A stretch of 64,000 bases of DNA from a virus (Duplodnaviria; Caudoviricetes): positions 15,616-79,615 of the IMG/VR virus record IMGVR_UViG_3300020577_008668. The stretch is one strand, 5' to 3'. The notes under the pieces are model-generated. The model made no database searches, was not told the DNA's origin, and saw nothing but the letters and a program-made list of their open reading frames with translations. Of this stretch, positions 9,101-18,476 are shown one piece after another. How positions within the stretch are numbered: position 1 is the stretch's first letter; the number at the start of each line of letters is the position of its first letter. The position numbers were made by a program, and so were the translations under genes.

Positions 9101-9710
9101 GTTCCGTGCTGACTTTTTGGCCTGGGTAGATGCTGAGTTAGAGACACCAAAGGCGTCTGTCCCCGAAGAAGTGAAGTGGGGACTTCTTCTTGAATTGGCC
9201 GAAGAGTACCATTTGCGGACTTTAATCGAAACTGGCACAGCTGTCGGGGACACTATCCTTCATATTCAAAATCACTTCGAAGAAATCCATTCTTTTGAAA
9301 TCATGGAAACCTACTATGAGGTTGCTGCTCGGAACACGGAAGGCCTTCTTCACGTTACCTTGTACAATTCGTCGTCAGCTTCGTCGGAATTTAGGGAGCT
9401 AGTGAATAAGCAGCCTGATGCTTGCTTAATCTACTTGGACGCTCATTACTCAGGTGAGGGAACGGGGAAAGACCTTACTCTTATTACTCCAGACGTTCCC
9501 ATTCGCCAGGAACTTGACGTGATCCTTCAGTCGAATGTTGATCATGTTATTGTTATTGATGATGCTAGGTGTTTTAAGGGGGAGGCTTTTTACACTGATG
9601 AGTATTTGGGGTACCCTTCACGCAGCGAAATTCAGGAGCAGGTGGCTGAGTTTTATGATGTTGCTCATGTAGCAGATGCTTTTGTTCTTCACCCGAAAGG
9701 ATGGGATTGA
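9093..9710 (+). CDS. class I SAM methyltransferase-like protein
   Basis: LIETGT, SFEI, IYLDAHYSG, IVIDDAR. Confidence 0.78.
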   Translation: MSEFRADFLAWVDAELETPKASVPEEVKWGLLLELAEEYHLRTLIETGTAVGDTILHIQNHFEEIHSFEIMETYYEVAARNTEGLLHVTLYNSSSASSEFRELVNKQPDACLIYLDAHYSGEGTGKDLTLITPDVPIRQELDVILQSNVDHVIVIDDARCFKGEAFYTDEYLGYPSRSEIQEQVAEFYDVAHVADAFVLHPKGWD

Positions 9711-9712
9711 GA

Positions 9713-10672
9713 ATGACGACTGTAGCAGTAAGTGGTGGTGGTGGGTTCATCGCAGGTCATTTAATTAAGAGACTTTTAGAAGAGGGTTTTGATGTAGTTA
9801 CCGCAGACATTAAACCCCTAGATGAGTGGCACCAGATTTTTGAGGGGGTTCCCTCCTTAAGTTCTTTTGATTTATCTGTCACTGAAAATGCTGAAAGTTT
9901 TCTAGATTTCGACGTGGATCAGGTTTATCATTTAGCCGCTGACATGGGTGGCATGGGTTTCATTAGTCAACATGAGGTTGAAACTGTTCATAGTTTTGAT
10001 ATAACTTCGAGACTTTTAAAAGCGACTGACGGACAAAGGTTCTTTTTTTCTAGTAGTGCTTGTACTTATCCTGAATATAAGCAGCTAACCTCTGAAGAGG
10101 TTTCTCTTAAAGAATCTGACGCTTATCCGGCTGATTGCGATACTTCGTATGGGTGGGAAAAATTATATGGAGAACAGGCTTTAGCTGCTTATCAGCGTGC
10201 TGATCTATTGGAAACTCGGGTAGCTCGGTTTCATAACATTTTTGGACCTCAGGGAACTTGGGACGGTGGGCGAGAAAAGGCTCCAGCTGCTATTTGCCGG
10301 AAGGTTGCTACAGCTTTAAAAACGGGTATTCATGAGATTGAGATTTGGGGGGACGGGGAGCAGACTCGTAGCTTCTTGTATGTGGATGAATGTGTTGAGG
10401 GTATTCGTCGCATTATGGATTCGGATTTTTCAGAGCCTCTGAATCTTGGATCGGATGAGTGTGTTTCTATTAATCAGCTTGTTTCAATGGTTGAGGAAAT
10501 CGCTGGGGTGAGCTTAAGCCGAATCTACAATCTTGATGCACCCCAAGGTGTGCGCGGGCGGAATTCAAACAATACTTTGATTAAAGAAGTTCTTGGTTGG
10601 GCTCCGTCAGCAAAATTGTATGATGGACTAGAAAGAACGTATGCATGGGTTTACGACCAAGTTTCAGTGTAA
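9713..10672 (+). CDS. NAD-dependent epimerase, GDP-mannose 3,5-epimerase-like
   Basis: GGGGFIA, HLAADMGGMGFI, SSACTYP, YGWEK (YxxxK), RFHNIFGP, GGREKAPAAICRKV, WGDGEQTRSF, GVRGRNS. Confidence 0.92.
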   Translation: MTTVAVSGGGGFIAGHLIKRLLEEGFDVVTADIKPLDEWHQIFEGVPSLSSFDLSVTENAESFLDFDVDQVYHLAADMGGMGFISQHEVETVHSFDITSRLLKATDGQRFFFSSSACTYPEYKQLTSEEVSLKESDAYPADCDTSYGWEKLYGEQALAAYQRADLLETRVARFHNIFGPQGTWDGGREKAPAAICRKVATALKTGIHEIEIWGDGEQTRSFLYVDECVEGIRRIMDSDFSEPLNLGSDECVSINQLVSMVEEIAGVSLSRIYNLDAPQGVRGRNSNNTLIKEVLGWAPSAKLYDGLERTYAWVYDQVSV

Positions 10673-11250
10673 TCATCGCCACCTATGGAGATCCCTCATG
10701 GAGAACTTTGGCGGAAAGGGCTGCTCGTTCTGTGGAAGAACAGTCAGTCCAGCCAGATAGTTTGATTCTATCACATGCTGATACTCTTCATGAGGCTAGG
10801 AATAATCCAGTAAAGAGTCTCACTAGCGATTGGCTTGTTTTTCTTGACGCCGATGACCAGTTGGATTACCACTACATTAAGTCAATGAGGGATAGGTCTA
10901 TCGAGATAGGAAATGAGGATTTTTTGATTCAGCCAAGTACGCTTGGCGTCCAAAATGGAATCGAAGATGATTTTCCAACTTTTATTCCTGAACGAGACAT
11001 TCAGCTAGGGAACTGGATGGTTATCGGGACAGCCGTGAAGAGGGATACCTTTTTGCGAGCTGGGGGGTTTCCCGACCTTCCCTGCTGGGAGGATTGGGCT
11101 CTTTGGGCTCAGTGCGTTCATAACGGAGCTAGTACGACTATCGCCCCTGGGGCGGTTTATCGCGTTACGGTCAATAAGAACAGTAGGAATAATCCAACTC
11201 GATCAGATGCTGCTACAGCCGCTCGTTTTGTGAGGAGGATCTTTCAGTGA
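10645..11250 (+). CDS. GT2 glycosyltransferase
   Basis: SVIIATY, ARN, WLVFLDADD, GGFPDLPCWEDW. Confidence 0.87.
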   Translation: MGLRPSFSVIIATYGDPSWRTLAERAARSVEEQSVQPDSLILSHADTLHEARNNPVKSLTSDWLVFLDADDQLDYHYIKSMRDRSIEIGNEDFLIQPSTLGVQNGIEDDFPTFIPERDIQLGNWMVIGTAVKRDTFLRAGGFPDLPCWEDWALWAQCVHNGASTTIAPGAVYRVTVNKNSRNNPTRSDAATAARFVRRIFQ

Positions 11251-12002
11251 AAATCCATGGCCTTTCAGTTATGAGAAATGAAGCAGACAGGTATCTTGCA
11301 GATTGTCTGCAATGGAACCTACCTTTTTTTGATGATTGGTTTATCTGGGACGATAGGTCTACTGATGGGTCTGTTGATCTTGCTGAGACTTTGAGTGAGA
11401 AAATCACTGTAGGTGTTAGGGGGATGACTGATCTTTCTTTTATGGAACATGAAGGCCGGTTTCGTCAGGATGGTTGGGAGGCTTTCGAGAAGGCTATTCG
11501 ACCTGAACATAAGGATGTCGTTGTTGCTGTCGATTTAGATGAGTTTATTACCTTAAAAGAGTCTTGTGATCCAGCTTATGTGAGGTCTGCTTTTGAGTCT
11601 TTTGCAGCGAAGGCAGGTGGGTATGTCTCGCAAGAGATTTCTTTTGTGGAGGTTTTTGATGTAGACCTTAGAGGGGTTCCTTCTTTCCGCACAGATGGGT
11701 TTTGGGGGAATATTTCGGGTAAGCGACTTTTTTCATACAAGGTTGGTGGAAAATTCCCTGATCGACCTATGGGGTGTGGGTCTGCTCCTGAGTATGTTTT
11801 GAAGACGTCCGCCTTAGGTGCTCATCCAGAGTTAAGGTTCCTTCATTATGGTTATGCTGTTTTTGAGGATAGGGTTGACAAGTTTGATCGGTATTCTTCT
11901 TTGGGAAATTCTGGGCATCATTCTTCCCATATTAATAGTATTTTGACTCTTCCCACATTACACCAGTGGGCAGGCCCACATCCCTTTTTGTCTGAAAAGT
12001 AA
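11247..12002 (+). CDS. GT2-like glycosyltransferase
   Basis: GLSVMRNEADRYL, WDDRSTDGS, VAVDLDEF, LHYGY. Confidence 0.82.
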   Translation: MKIHGLSVMRNEADRYLADCLQWNLPFFDDWFIWDDRSTDGSVDLAETLSEKITVGVRGMTDLSFMEHEGRFRQDGWEAFEKAIRPEHKDVVVAVDLDEFITLKESCDPAYVRSAFESFAAKAGGYVSQEISFVEVFDVDLRGVPSFRTDGFWGNISGKRLFSYKVGGKFPDRPMGCGSAPEYVLKTSALGAHPELRFLHYGYAVFEDRVDKFDRYSSLGNSGHHSSHINSILTLPTLHQWAGPHPFLSEK

Positions 12003-12040
12003 AGACGGATGTCGTAGAGTTTTTATGGAGGTTAGTTCAT

Positions 12041-12715
12041 ATGCCAGCTAAGAAAAATCCAGAGTTTGATATCGCTGATCTAATTGAAGACAGCTCTTCT
12101 CTACAAGAGGCTCCTGTTTACGTGGAGGGGCCATCAGGGTCCAGGTATCAGGTGCTTAACCAGTTTGAGGCTGATCACTACAAGTCTTTATCTGAAAGAT
12201 ATCAGGAAGATAACGTTCTAGAGAATGTTTCTGATGTCCAGGAACTCGATCGTATTCTCATGATGGAACTGATGATGTACCGCTGGGGGCTTTGGTTGAT
12301 CCAAGAGAAAGACTATGATGATAAGAGGGTTAATCCTTCTGAGTTGCAAAAAAGCATCTCTTCTTACTCTAAGGAGATTCGTGAGATCAAAAAAGATCTA
12401 GGAATGGATAAGAGCACCAGGGATAAGGATCAAGGTGAATCCCTATCGGGTTACATTCAGAACCTTTTGAGAAGGGCTGAGGAATTTGGTATTTCTCGTA
12501 ATGATCAGGCGGTTGAGGCGATTAATACGCTCATGGAGCTGAGGGGGTACATTACCCTTTACCGAAATTCAAATGATGCTGAACGCAAAGAATTTCACGT
12601 CACATTAGAAGAGATCATTCAGTGGTGCGAAAAGAGTTTCGAAAAATTTGATGAGATTGATGCGGCCTTGAGAGAAAATCAAAAATACTGGATTCACGAC
12701 ATTTCTAAGGTGTGA
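12041..12715 (+). CDS. putative terminase small subunit
   Basis: helical protein two genes upstream of TerL; assignment is positional only. Confidence 0.4.
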   Translation: MPAKKNPEFDIADLIEDSSSLQEAPVYVEGPSGSRYQVLNQFEADHYKSLSERYQEDNVLENVSDVQELDRILMMELMMYRWGLWLIQEKDYDDKRVNPSELQKSISSYSKEIREIKKDLGMDKSTRDKDQGESLSGYIQNLLRRAEEFGISRNDQAVEAINTLMELRGYITLYRNSNDAERKEFHVTLEEIIQWCEKSFEKFDEIDAALRENQKYWIHDISKV

Positions 12716-12719
12716 CGAT

Positions 12720-13250
12720 ATGGCAACACGGAAAAGTTGGGATGATAAATTTGAGGAAATCGCTAAAGAATTTCCCTTGGTTAGAAGGTTTAATTGGGAA
12801 ACAGCTATTCTGAATGATTCAGATTTATTTACTACCTTGCTGGCTGATGTTATAAAGTCCGGGCGTAAGTTAAAAAAACCGGGGAAACGCCCAAGTTTGT
12901 CACGTAAGGACTCTGAGGAGAAATTAAGTCAGCTTGCTGCTGAGGACTTTAGTGAGTTAGAGTTCAAAGATGCTTTCATTGCTCTTTCTTCTAATCGAAG
13001 TATCCGGCACACTGCTAGTAAGACTGGGTTAGATAGAAATATTGTTTACGGCTTATTGAATGGAACCCGACTTCCTTCATTCAGGGAGATGGAGCAAATT
13101 GCTTCTTCGTTCGGGAAAGACCCAAGTTTCTTTTTGGAGTATAGGATTGGGTTTGTTCTTTCTAAAATGAATCAGTTTCTTTTTTCCTCGCCGGAAACAG
13201 CGGCATTTTGGTACAAGAACTTTAAGTCTGATGTGATTACGATTTCATAA
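12720..13250 (+). CDS. XRE-type helix-turn-helix protein
   Basis: SIRHTASKTGLDRNIVYGLLNGTRLPSFREMEQIASSFG. Confidence 0.75.
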   Translation: MATRKSWDDKFEEIAKEFPLVRRFNWETAILNDSDLFTTLLADVIKSGRKLKKPGKRPSLSRKDSEEKLSQLAAEDFSELEFKDAFIALSSNRSIRHTASKTGLDRNIVYGLLNGTRLPSFREMEQIASSFGKDPSFFLEYRIGFVLSKMNQFLFSSPETAAFWYKNFKSDVITIS

Positions 13251-13262
13251 GAGGACGGGTTT

Positions 13263-15329
13263 ATGAGCAAGGTTTTGACTAACTTAACCGAACAGGAACG
13301 GTACTTGGTATCACTGCTCACTGATCGTTCAGGGATAGATCAGTTTGAGTTCATGATTTATGACCCAGCTTTCCGAGAAAATGACGGGCTTTTTAGGGCT
13401 TGGCCTTTTCAGTATCACTGGTTCCGATGTAAGGACCCTTTGGTCATTAGCCAGGGTAGTCGAAGTGCTGGGAAGAGTCAGTCGGCTGTGCTGTCGGCTT
13501 TAGCTTTCCCGTTCACTTATCCTGGACAAGAGATGGTTATTACAGCCCCAGAGTCTGTTCATTTGCAGGCTTTAACTGATAAGATCGAAACAATGTTTGT
13601 GAACAACAGGCTTCCTAGGGACATGCTGGTTAGGGGAGCTGCGGGTATTAAGCATAAGCCTTTTTTGTGTAATTTCAAAAATGGGGCCAGGATCATGGGG
13701 CGGATTCCTCAAAGAGATGGTCGTGGAATGAAGGGTTGCCCTAAGGCCGATACTCCTATTCTGACAGATGCTGGAATTAAGAGAGCTGATGAGGTTCTTG
13801 TTGGAGATAGGGTGGTTAATCATCGGTTGGAGTGGGCTGATGTCACTCAGGTGATTCATGATACGAATACATGCTATGAGGTAACTGATATTGAAGGAAA
13901 CTCTATCACTGTTTCTTGGGAGCATCGTTTTTACGGAGCAGCCAAGGAGGCTTCTGGGTTTTCTGAAATGTACTTTGAGGAAGTAGATTATCTTTTAGAA
14001 GATAATTTTTTTTGGGCTATCCCGGTTGGTGAGTATGAGGGCGACCAAGTTCATGAGGAACGGAATGGGTATTTTCTTGTAGAAGTTGTTTCTGTAAGAG
14101 ATGTTGGTGTTCAGTCTATTACTAATATTATTGTTAAAGATGGGCATAGTGTTCTTACGGGAAACATCATGTCTCACAATGTCCATCCAACAGTTCTTCT
14201 ACTTGATGAGGGACAGGACTATAGTCAGCAGGGTTTCGAGGAGCTTATCGAAACAGTTCTTCAGGGAGTAGAGGGAGCCCAGTGGAAGGTGTTTGGGGTA
14301 ACTCGCGGTGTTCGGGATAAGTTCTATGAGTACACTCATTCTGAGGCTTGGACAGTGTTTCGTCTTCCTGCCATGTTTCGTCCTACGTGGAATGATGCGG
14401 AACGGGCTTTGAAAGAAAGCCAGTATGGTAAACCAGATTCACCTGGCTACCGCAGAAACGTTCTTGGCTTACACGGGGACCAAAATTCGAGCATTTTTGT
14501 CCTGTCGCGATTGATGGCCTGTTGTGACACAAGTCACTCCAGCTTTTACAATGAAAATGAATACTGGAATATCGAATTCGATGATTCTGACGTTGAGGAA
14601 GCTGGTGACATCATTAGTCTAATTGATCCACCAGGCACTCACGCTAAGTATAAGAACTTTTGGATTGGGTCTGACATTGGATGGACTTTAGCCCCGACAG
14701 TGATTGTTATTTTTGCGGAAATTGCAGAAAAAGGGAAGGAACCCTCACTGAAACTATTGGGTCGGATCACTATGCGTCGAATTAAGACGATTGATCAGGC
14801 AGACGTTTTTATACACCTTATCAATACGTATAGACCTTTGGCTTTTGCTATGGACTCTACCGGGGCGGGGTTTCCTCTTCTAGAACTGATCCAGGAAAAG
14901 GCTAGAACTCATGATGAGCTATATAGCGTTGTGGAAAGGATTAAGGGCTATAATTTTAGCGAGAAGGTTGTAGCCGAGTTTGATGATACAGTGGAAATTG
15001 ACGAGGATGATCCTGAGGGATACAAGAGGGCTGAGATTAGAAAGCCAGTTCTAGTTTGGGCTACCGATGTGCTTAGGATGCTTGTTGATGAAAAGAGACT
15101 TATCCTTCCGTGGGATAAGGAGCTTATTGGTGAGTTTCAGGGTCAAACTGTTACTTATGCAAAGGATGCGTTAGATCCATATGGGCGAAAAAGACTCTAC
15201 TCATTTGGTTACTTCCACTCGTTGGATGCATGTCGAATGGCTGCTTTGGCTTTTAAGCAGAACGCTATCGAACAGTTTATTAAGAATCAGGAAGATAGTT
15301 GGGAGGCCCCGTCAGCTATCTTCTTGTAA
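13263..15329 (+). CDS. terL: terminase large subunit with Hint-domain insertion
   Basis: Walker A-like SRSAGKS, Walker B LLLDEGQ, nuclease GSDIG and HSLDA; upstream of portal. Confidence 0.92.
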   Translation: MSKVLTNLTEQERYLVSLLTDRSGIDQFEFMIYDPAFRENDGLFRAWPFQYHWFRCKDPLVISQGSRSAGKSQSAVLSALAFPFTYPGQEMVITAPESVHLQALTDKIETMFVNNRLPRDMLVRGAAGIKHKPFLCNFKNGARIMGRIPQRDGRGMKGCPKADTPILTDAGIKRADEVLVGDRVVNHRLEWADVTQVIHDTNTCYEVTDIEGNSITVSWEHRFYGAAKEASGFSEMYFEEVDYLLEDNFFWAIPVGEYEGDQVHEERNGYFLVEVVSVRDVGVQSITNIIVKDGHSVLTGNIMSHNVHPTVLLLDEGQDYSQQGFEELIETVLQGVEGAQWKVFGVTRGVRDKFYEYTHSEAWTVFRLPAMFRPTWNDAERALKESQYGKPDSPGYRRNVLGLHGDQNSSIFVLSRLMACCDTSHSSFYNENEYWNIEFDDSDVEEAGDIISLIDPPGTHAKYKNFWIGSDIGWTLAPTVIVIFAEIAEKGKEPSLKLLGRITMRRIKTIDQADVFIHLINTYRPLAFAMDSTGAGFPLLELIQEKARTHDELYSVVERIKGYNFSEKVVAEFDDTVEIDEDDPEGYKRAEIRKPVLVWATDVLRMLVDEKRLILPWDKELIGEFQGQTVTYAKDALDPYGRKRLYSFGYFHSLDACRMAALAFKQNAIEQFIKNQEDSWEAPSAIFL
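13737..14180 (+). mobile_element. 148-aa mini-intein/BIL-like Hint domain, no homing endonuclease, +1 residue Val
   Basis: begins CPKADTPILT, block B ITVSWEH, ends VLTGNIMSHN, followed by gtc (Val). Confidence 0.88.
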
Positions 15330-15590
15330 CTTCCGCTGCATGTTTTGTGGGAGTAGGGCAGTTTTCCCCATTTCTAAGCACGGGATTGAGTTTGTGATTT
15401 GTGGACCGTGTGCTCTTCGGACGGAGATATATGCCTTACTTAGCGGAAGCTCAGAGCGTGGTGTTTTTGTTGAGCTGAGGTGCGGTAAGAGTGTGATAAA
15501 GTTTGGTCCGATGATTTATTCCGACATTGTCGGGTTGATGATCGAACTTCGATTTTATGGCACGTTGAACGGCAAGAAAGGTTCTGAAAA

Positions 15591-15884
15591 ATGGCTCCTG
15601 ACGACCCTATTAAAGTCTGGCGCGAAGAACTCGTAGGTTATCTAGAGGATTACTATAGTTACAGGGAGTTAGATCAACCTGCGGAGATACTTAAAAGACT
15701 TTCTGCTTACTCAGCTAGAGCCAGGTATATGCGTAACGTCTGTATTAGGTCAGGTAATAAGATCGCTTCTTCCTTTAGACTGGAAGAGATTGATCCTTTC
15801 TTGAACGAAACCGAATTCCAGTTCAAAATATGGTCAAGGGTTGCTTCCATTAGCAGCCAAGAGTGGGAGATGTCGAGAGGGTGA
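15591..15884 (+). CDS. hypothetical protein between terminase and portal
   Basis: 97-aa ORF with RBS gaaagg. Confidence 0.75.
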   Translation: MAPDDPIKVWREELVGYLEDYYSYRELDQPAEILKRLSAYSARARYMRNVCIRSGNKIASSFRLEEIDPFLNETEFQFKIWSRVASISSQEWEMSRG

Positions 15885-15890
15885 CGTATT

Positions 15891-17612
15891 GTGATTGAAG
15901 AAGAGTACGATTCTGAATTAGGTTCTGTTCTGGTTGTCAATGAATCTGGATTACCTGATGACGTGGTTCTTAGCGAGGTAAGGTCTCAAGTAAGGTCCCC
16001 TGAGATAGCTTCTTTAAGTCGGTGGACTATTGAGAACACAGGGTATAACAGAACAAATAATTCAAACATCTTCAATCGTGATCGTTACGTAATTCCTCGT
16101 GGGCTTTTTGATAAGTTCCGTATGGCCGCTGATGCTGCCCGTGCTGATGATGTTGTTGCTGGGGTTTGCGAGACGACTGAGCAATTGGCTTTTAAGCGCA
16201 TCGTCGTTGAGTGTGATGACGATCAGCAGTATGATATTTGGAATCAGATATCTGAAGACCTTGACACCCCTCAGAGAATGAGGGAAATTTGGCGAGAAAT
16301 TTTCACCATTAATCAGTGCTACCCCGCCTTGCTGTGGACTAGAAAAACTTACAAGGTTAGAGGGAAAGCTTCAGGTGGACGGAAGTCAAAGAAGGAATTC
16401 AAAGACGTTATCGTCCCTCGCGGCATCACTTTACTTGATCCTTGTAAGGTGGTTCCCTTGGGGGACCTTATGTTCGGTAATGAAAAATTGGTTTACTTGG
16501 CTTCTTCTTCTGAAGCTGAGGCTTTTGACCGGGTGATTGCCGGGGCGAACACTTCTGACCTTGTTGTTACTCAGCTTATTGTGGGTAGGTATGAGCCTAC
16601 AAGAAAAGAGAAGTCGCTCATTCAGGAGCTAACAGGTGACAGTATCGCTTCAGACACCTACCTTCTTGATCCTGATAAAGTTTGGCGGATAACGTCAACT
16701 AGGCCAGATTATCAGCGATTTGCTGATGTGCGGATGGAATCCGTTTTTGAGCTTCTGGATATGAAGCATCAGCTTCGAGCAATGGACCGCATGTCCCTTC
16801 TGGCTTCTACAAATGCCATTATTCTCGTAAAGAAGGGCTCTGACGATAAGCCTGCCAAGCAGCAGGAATTGGACCTTCTACAAACCCAAATCGGTGGGAC
16901 TTCTCGTCAGCCGATCATCATCTCAGATCATCGTATTGAGATTGAGATCATTACCCCTAAGCTAGATAAGACTTTGGCCCCTGAGCGTTACAATGGGATT
17001 GATTCACGTATCTCAGCTCGGCTTTACCAGCTTTTAACGACCGGTAATTATAGTGCTGGGACGGCGGCAGATAACTCTTTGAAACTTTTCCAAGTCATCT
17101 CTGCGTCCATGGAGGCCCGTAGGGACTCTATTCGGGACAGTATCTTTAAGCATGTCTTTAAGAAAATTCAGGAGAAGAACGATCATCTCTTTACCGAAGA
17201 TGTGAAGTTGCAGTTTTATCCTCGTCGTATTGCTTTGGCTTTTGATCCGAACCTGGCTACTTTCATGATGGACCTGAGAGACGCAAATGACCTTTCTAGG
17301 GACACCATGTTGCAAGAGTTGGATATTTCAGAAGAAGACGAAGCCATTAAGGTTGAGCGGGAAAATGAACGGTTCAATAAGATATTTGACCAACCTGCGT
17401 TAGATAGGCAAGCGGCTCAGCTTGAACTTCAGCAAATGTCGTCTCCTTCAGATCAACCCGCTCAGCCGACTTTAGAGGACCCAAATTCACCAAAGGGAGC
17501 TACTCCGCGAGTGGGAGGTAGACGTGGGGGTGGTAGAAAGAATGGGGGAGGAATGAATCGCGACTCTCAAAGGTCGAATCCTCCCCGTGGTGAACAAAAG
17601 GAAACTAATTAA
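15891..17612 (+). CDS. portal protein
   Basis: 573 aa, position after TerL, acidic/basic disordered C-terminus. Confidence 0.75.
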   Translation: MIEEEYDSELGSVLVVNESGLPDDVVLSEVRSQVRSPEIASLSRWTIENTGYNRTNNSNIFNRDRYVIPRGLFDKFRMAADAARADDVVAGVCETTEQLAFKRIVVECDDDQQYDIWNQISEDLDTPQRMREIWREIFTINQCYPALLWTRKTYKVRGKASGGRKSKKEFKDVIVPRGITLLDPCKVVPLGDLMFGNEKLVYLASSSEAEAFDRVIAGANTSDLVVTQLIVGRYEPTRKEKSLIQELTGDSIASDTYLLDPDKVWRITSTRPDYQRFADVRMESVFELLDMKHQLRAMDRMSLLASTNAIILVKKGSDDKPAKQQELDLLQTQIGGTSRQPIIISDHRIEIEIITPKLDKTLAPERYNGIDSRISARLYQLLTTGNYSAGTAADNSLKLFQVISASMEARRDSIRDSIFKHVFKKIQEKNDHLFTEDVKLQFYPRRIALAFDPNLATFMMDLRDANDLSRDTMLQELDISEEDEAIKVERENERFNKIFDQPALDRQAAQLELQQMSSPSDQPAQPTLEDPNSPKGATPRVGGRRGGGRKNGGGMNRDSQRSNPPRGEQKETN

Positions 17613-17613
17613 G

Positions 17614-17619
17614 CCGTTA
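17614..17619 (+). promoter_or_regulatory. CCGTTA motif, putative late promoter element (also 18514, 20934, 21598, 27958, 59549)
   Basis: recurs in short intergenic gaps ahead of structural genes; GTTCCGTTAA identical at 18511 and 20931. Confidence 0.45.
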
Positions 17620-17639
17620 GCTTTTTTGGAGGTTATTCT

Positions 17640-18476
17640 ATGTCTATAATGTTAGAGACAGATAGTACAGTTTTTTTTGCTGGAATAGCCTCTCTCTTTG
17701 ATGACGAACGTGATGTTGCATCTGATTGGGCTGGTCAGCACATCAAGACCAATAAGTACATAAAGTGGGTTATCGGTAAGTACGTTGAGGCTGACAAAGT
17801 TAACAACAATGGTCAGTATTGGACTTTGAAAGACCTTCAGAATAAGCACACTACTGTAGACCATACGCCTATGAACATGGGGCATCGTCCTCATGACATT
17901 GTTGGTACAGTTGTCGCTTCTGAAATGATTTATCCTGATCGTTCGGACATGAATCCATACGTAGAAACTGTTGCCGCTTTTTGGAAGTGGTATCGACCTG
18001 AGGAATTGAAAAAGCTAGAAGAAGCTTATAGCACAGGGAATGCTTGGCAGTCGATGGAAGCAGTGTCCGACACTGTGACGTGCGTCGGTCCTGAAGGTTG
18101 TGGTGAAACCTTTGATTATGCTGGCCCTAATTCTGACACGTATTGTTCTTGCATTCAGAATCATCGTGGGCATAAGCAGTTAGACAATCCTCATTTTCTT
18201 GGATCAGGGTTGATTATTCCACCTGATCGTCCTGGTTGGTCTAACGCTGATATTAATAGCATTGCACGTCATACGACGGATGAGCAGAAGCATGAGATGC
18301 TTGTCGCTATTGCTGACGCCGCTCCTCACTTAAGCTCCTCTGAGTGGGAAAAGGTGATGTGGACTTTGCAGTTTGAAGCTTTTTCTAACGAGAATGCCGT
18401 TGTTGAATCTAAGAAAACATCTAGCGAGATTGCCCAGGTTGTAGCTAGTCAATTCCTAGCATCATCTAGGTACTAA
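17640..18476 (+). CDS. putative capsid maturation protease
   Basis: NNNGQYW, PMNMGH, SMEA, FLGSGLIIPP motifs; between portal and scaffold. Confidence 0.6.
   Translation: MSIMLETDSTVFFAGIASLFDDERDVASDWAGQHIKTNKYIKWVIGKYVEADKVNNNGQYWTLKDLQNKHTTVDHTPMNMGHRPHDIVGTVVASEMIYPDRSDMNPYVETVAAFWKWYRPEELKKLEEAYSTGNAWQSMEAVSDTVTCVGPEGCGETFDYAGPNSDTYCSCIQNHRGHKQLDNPHFLGSGLIIPPDRPGWSNADINSIARHTTDEQKHEMLVAIADAAPHLSSSEWEKVMWTLQFEAFSNENAVVESKKTSSEIAQVVASQFLASSRY

Noticed and set aside
4092-12002. DNA hypermodification (glycosylated base) pathway
   Set aside because: No hydroxymethylase, base-J-type or aGPT-type partner is visible, and the cluster is far from the replication genes. Not excluded, but less likely than protein or surface glycosylation.
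15181-15636. 151-aa ORF overlapping the terL end
   Set aside because: It overlaps terL by ~150 nt and the next gene. A shorter gene from ~15340 may exist, but I cannot support it.
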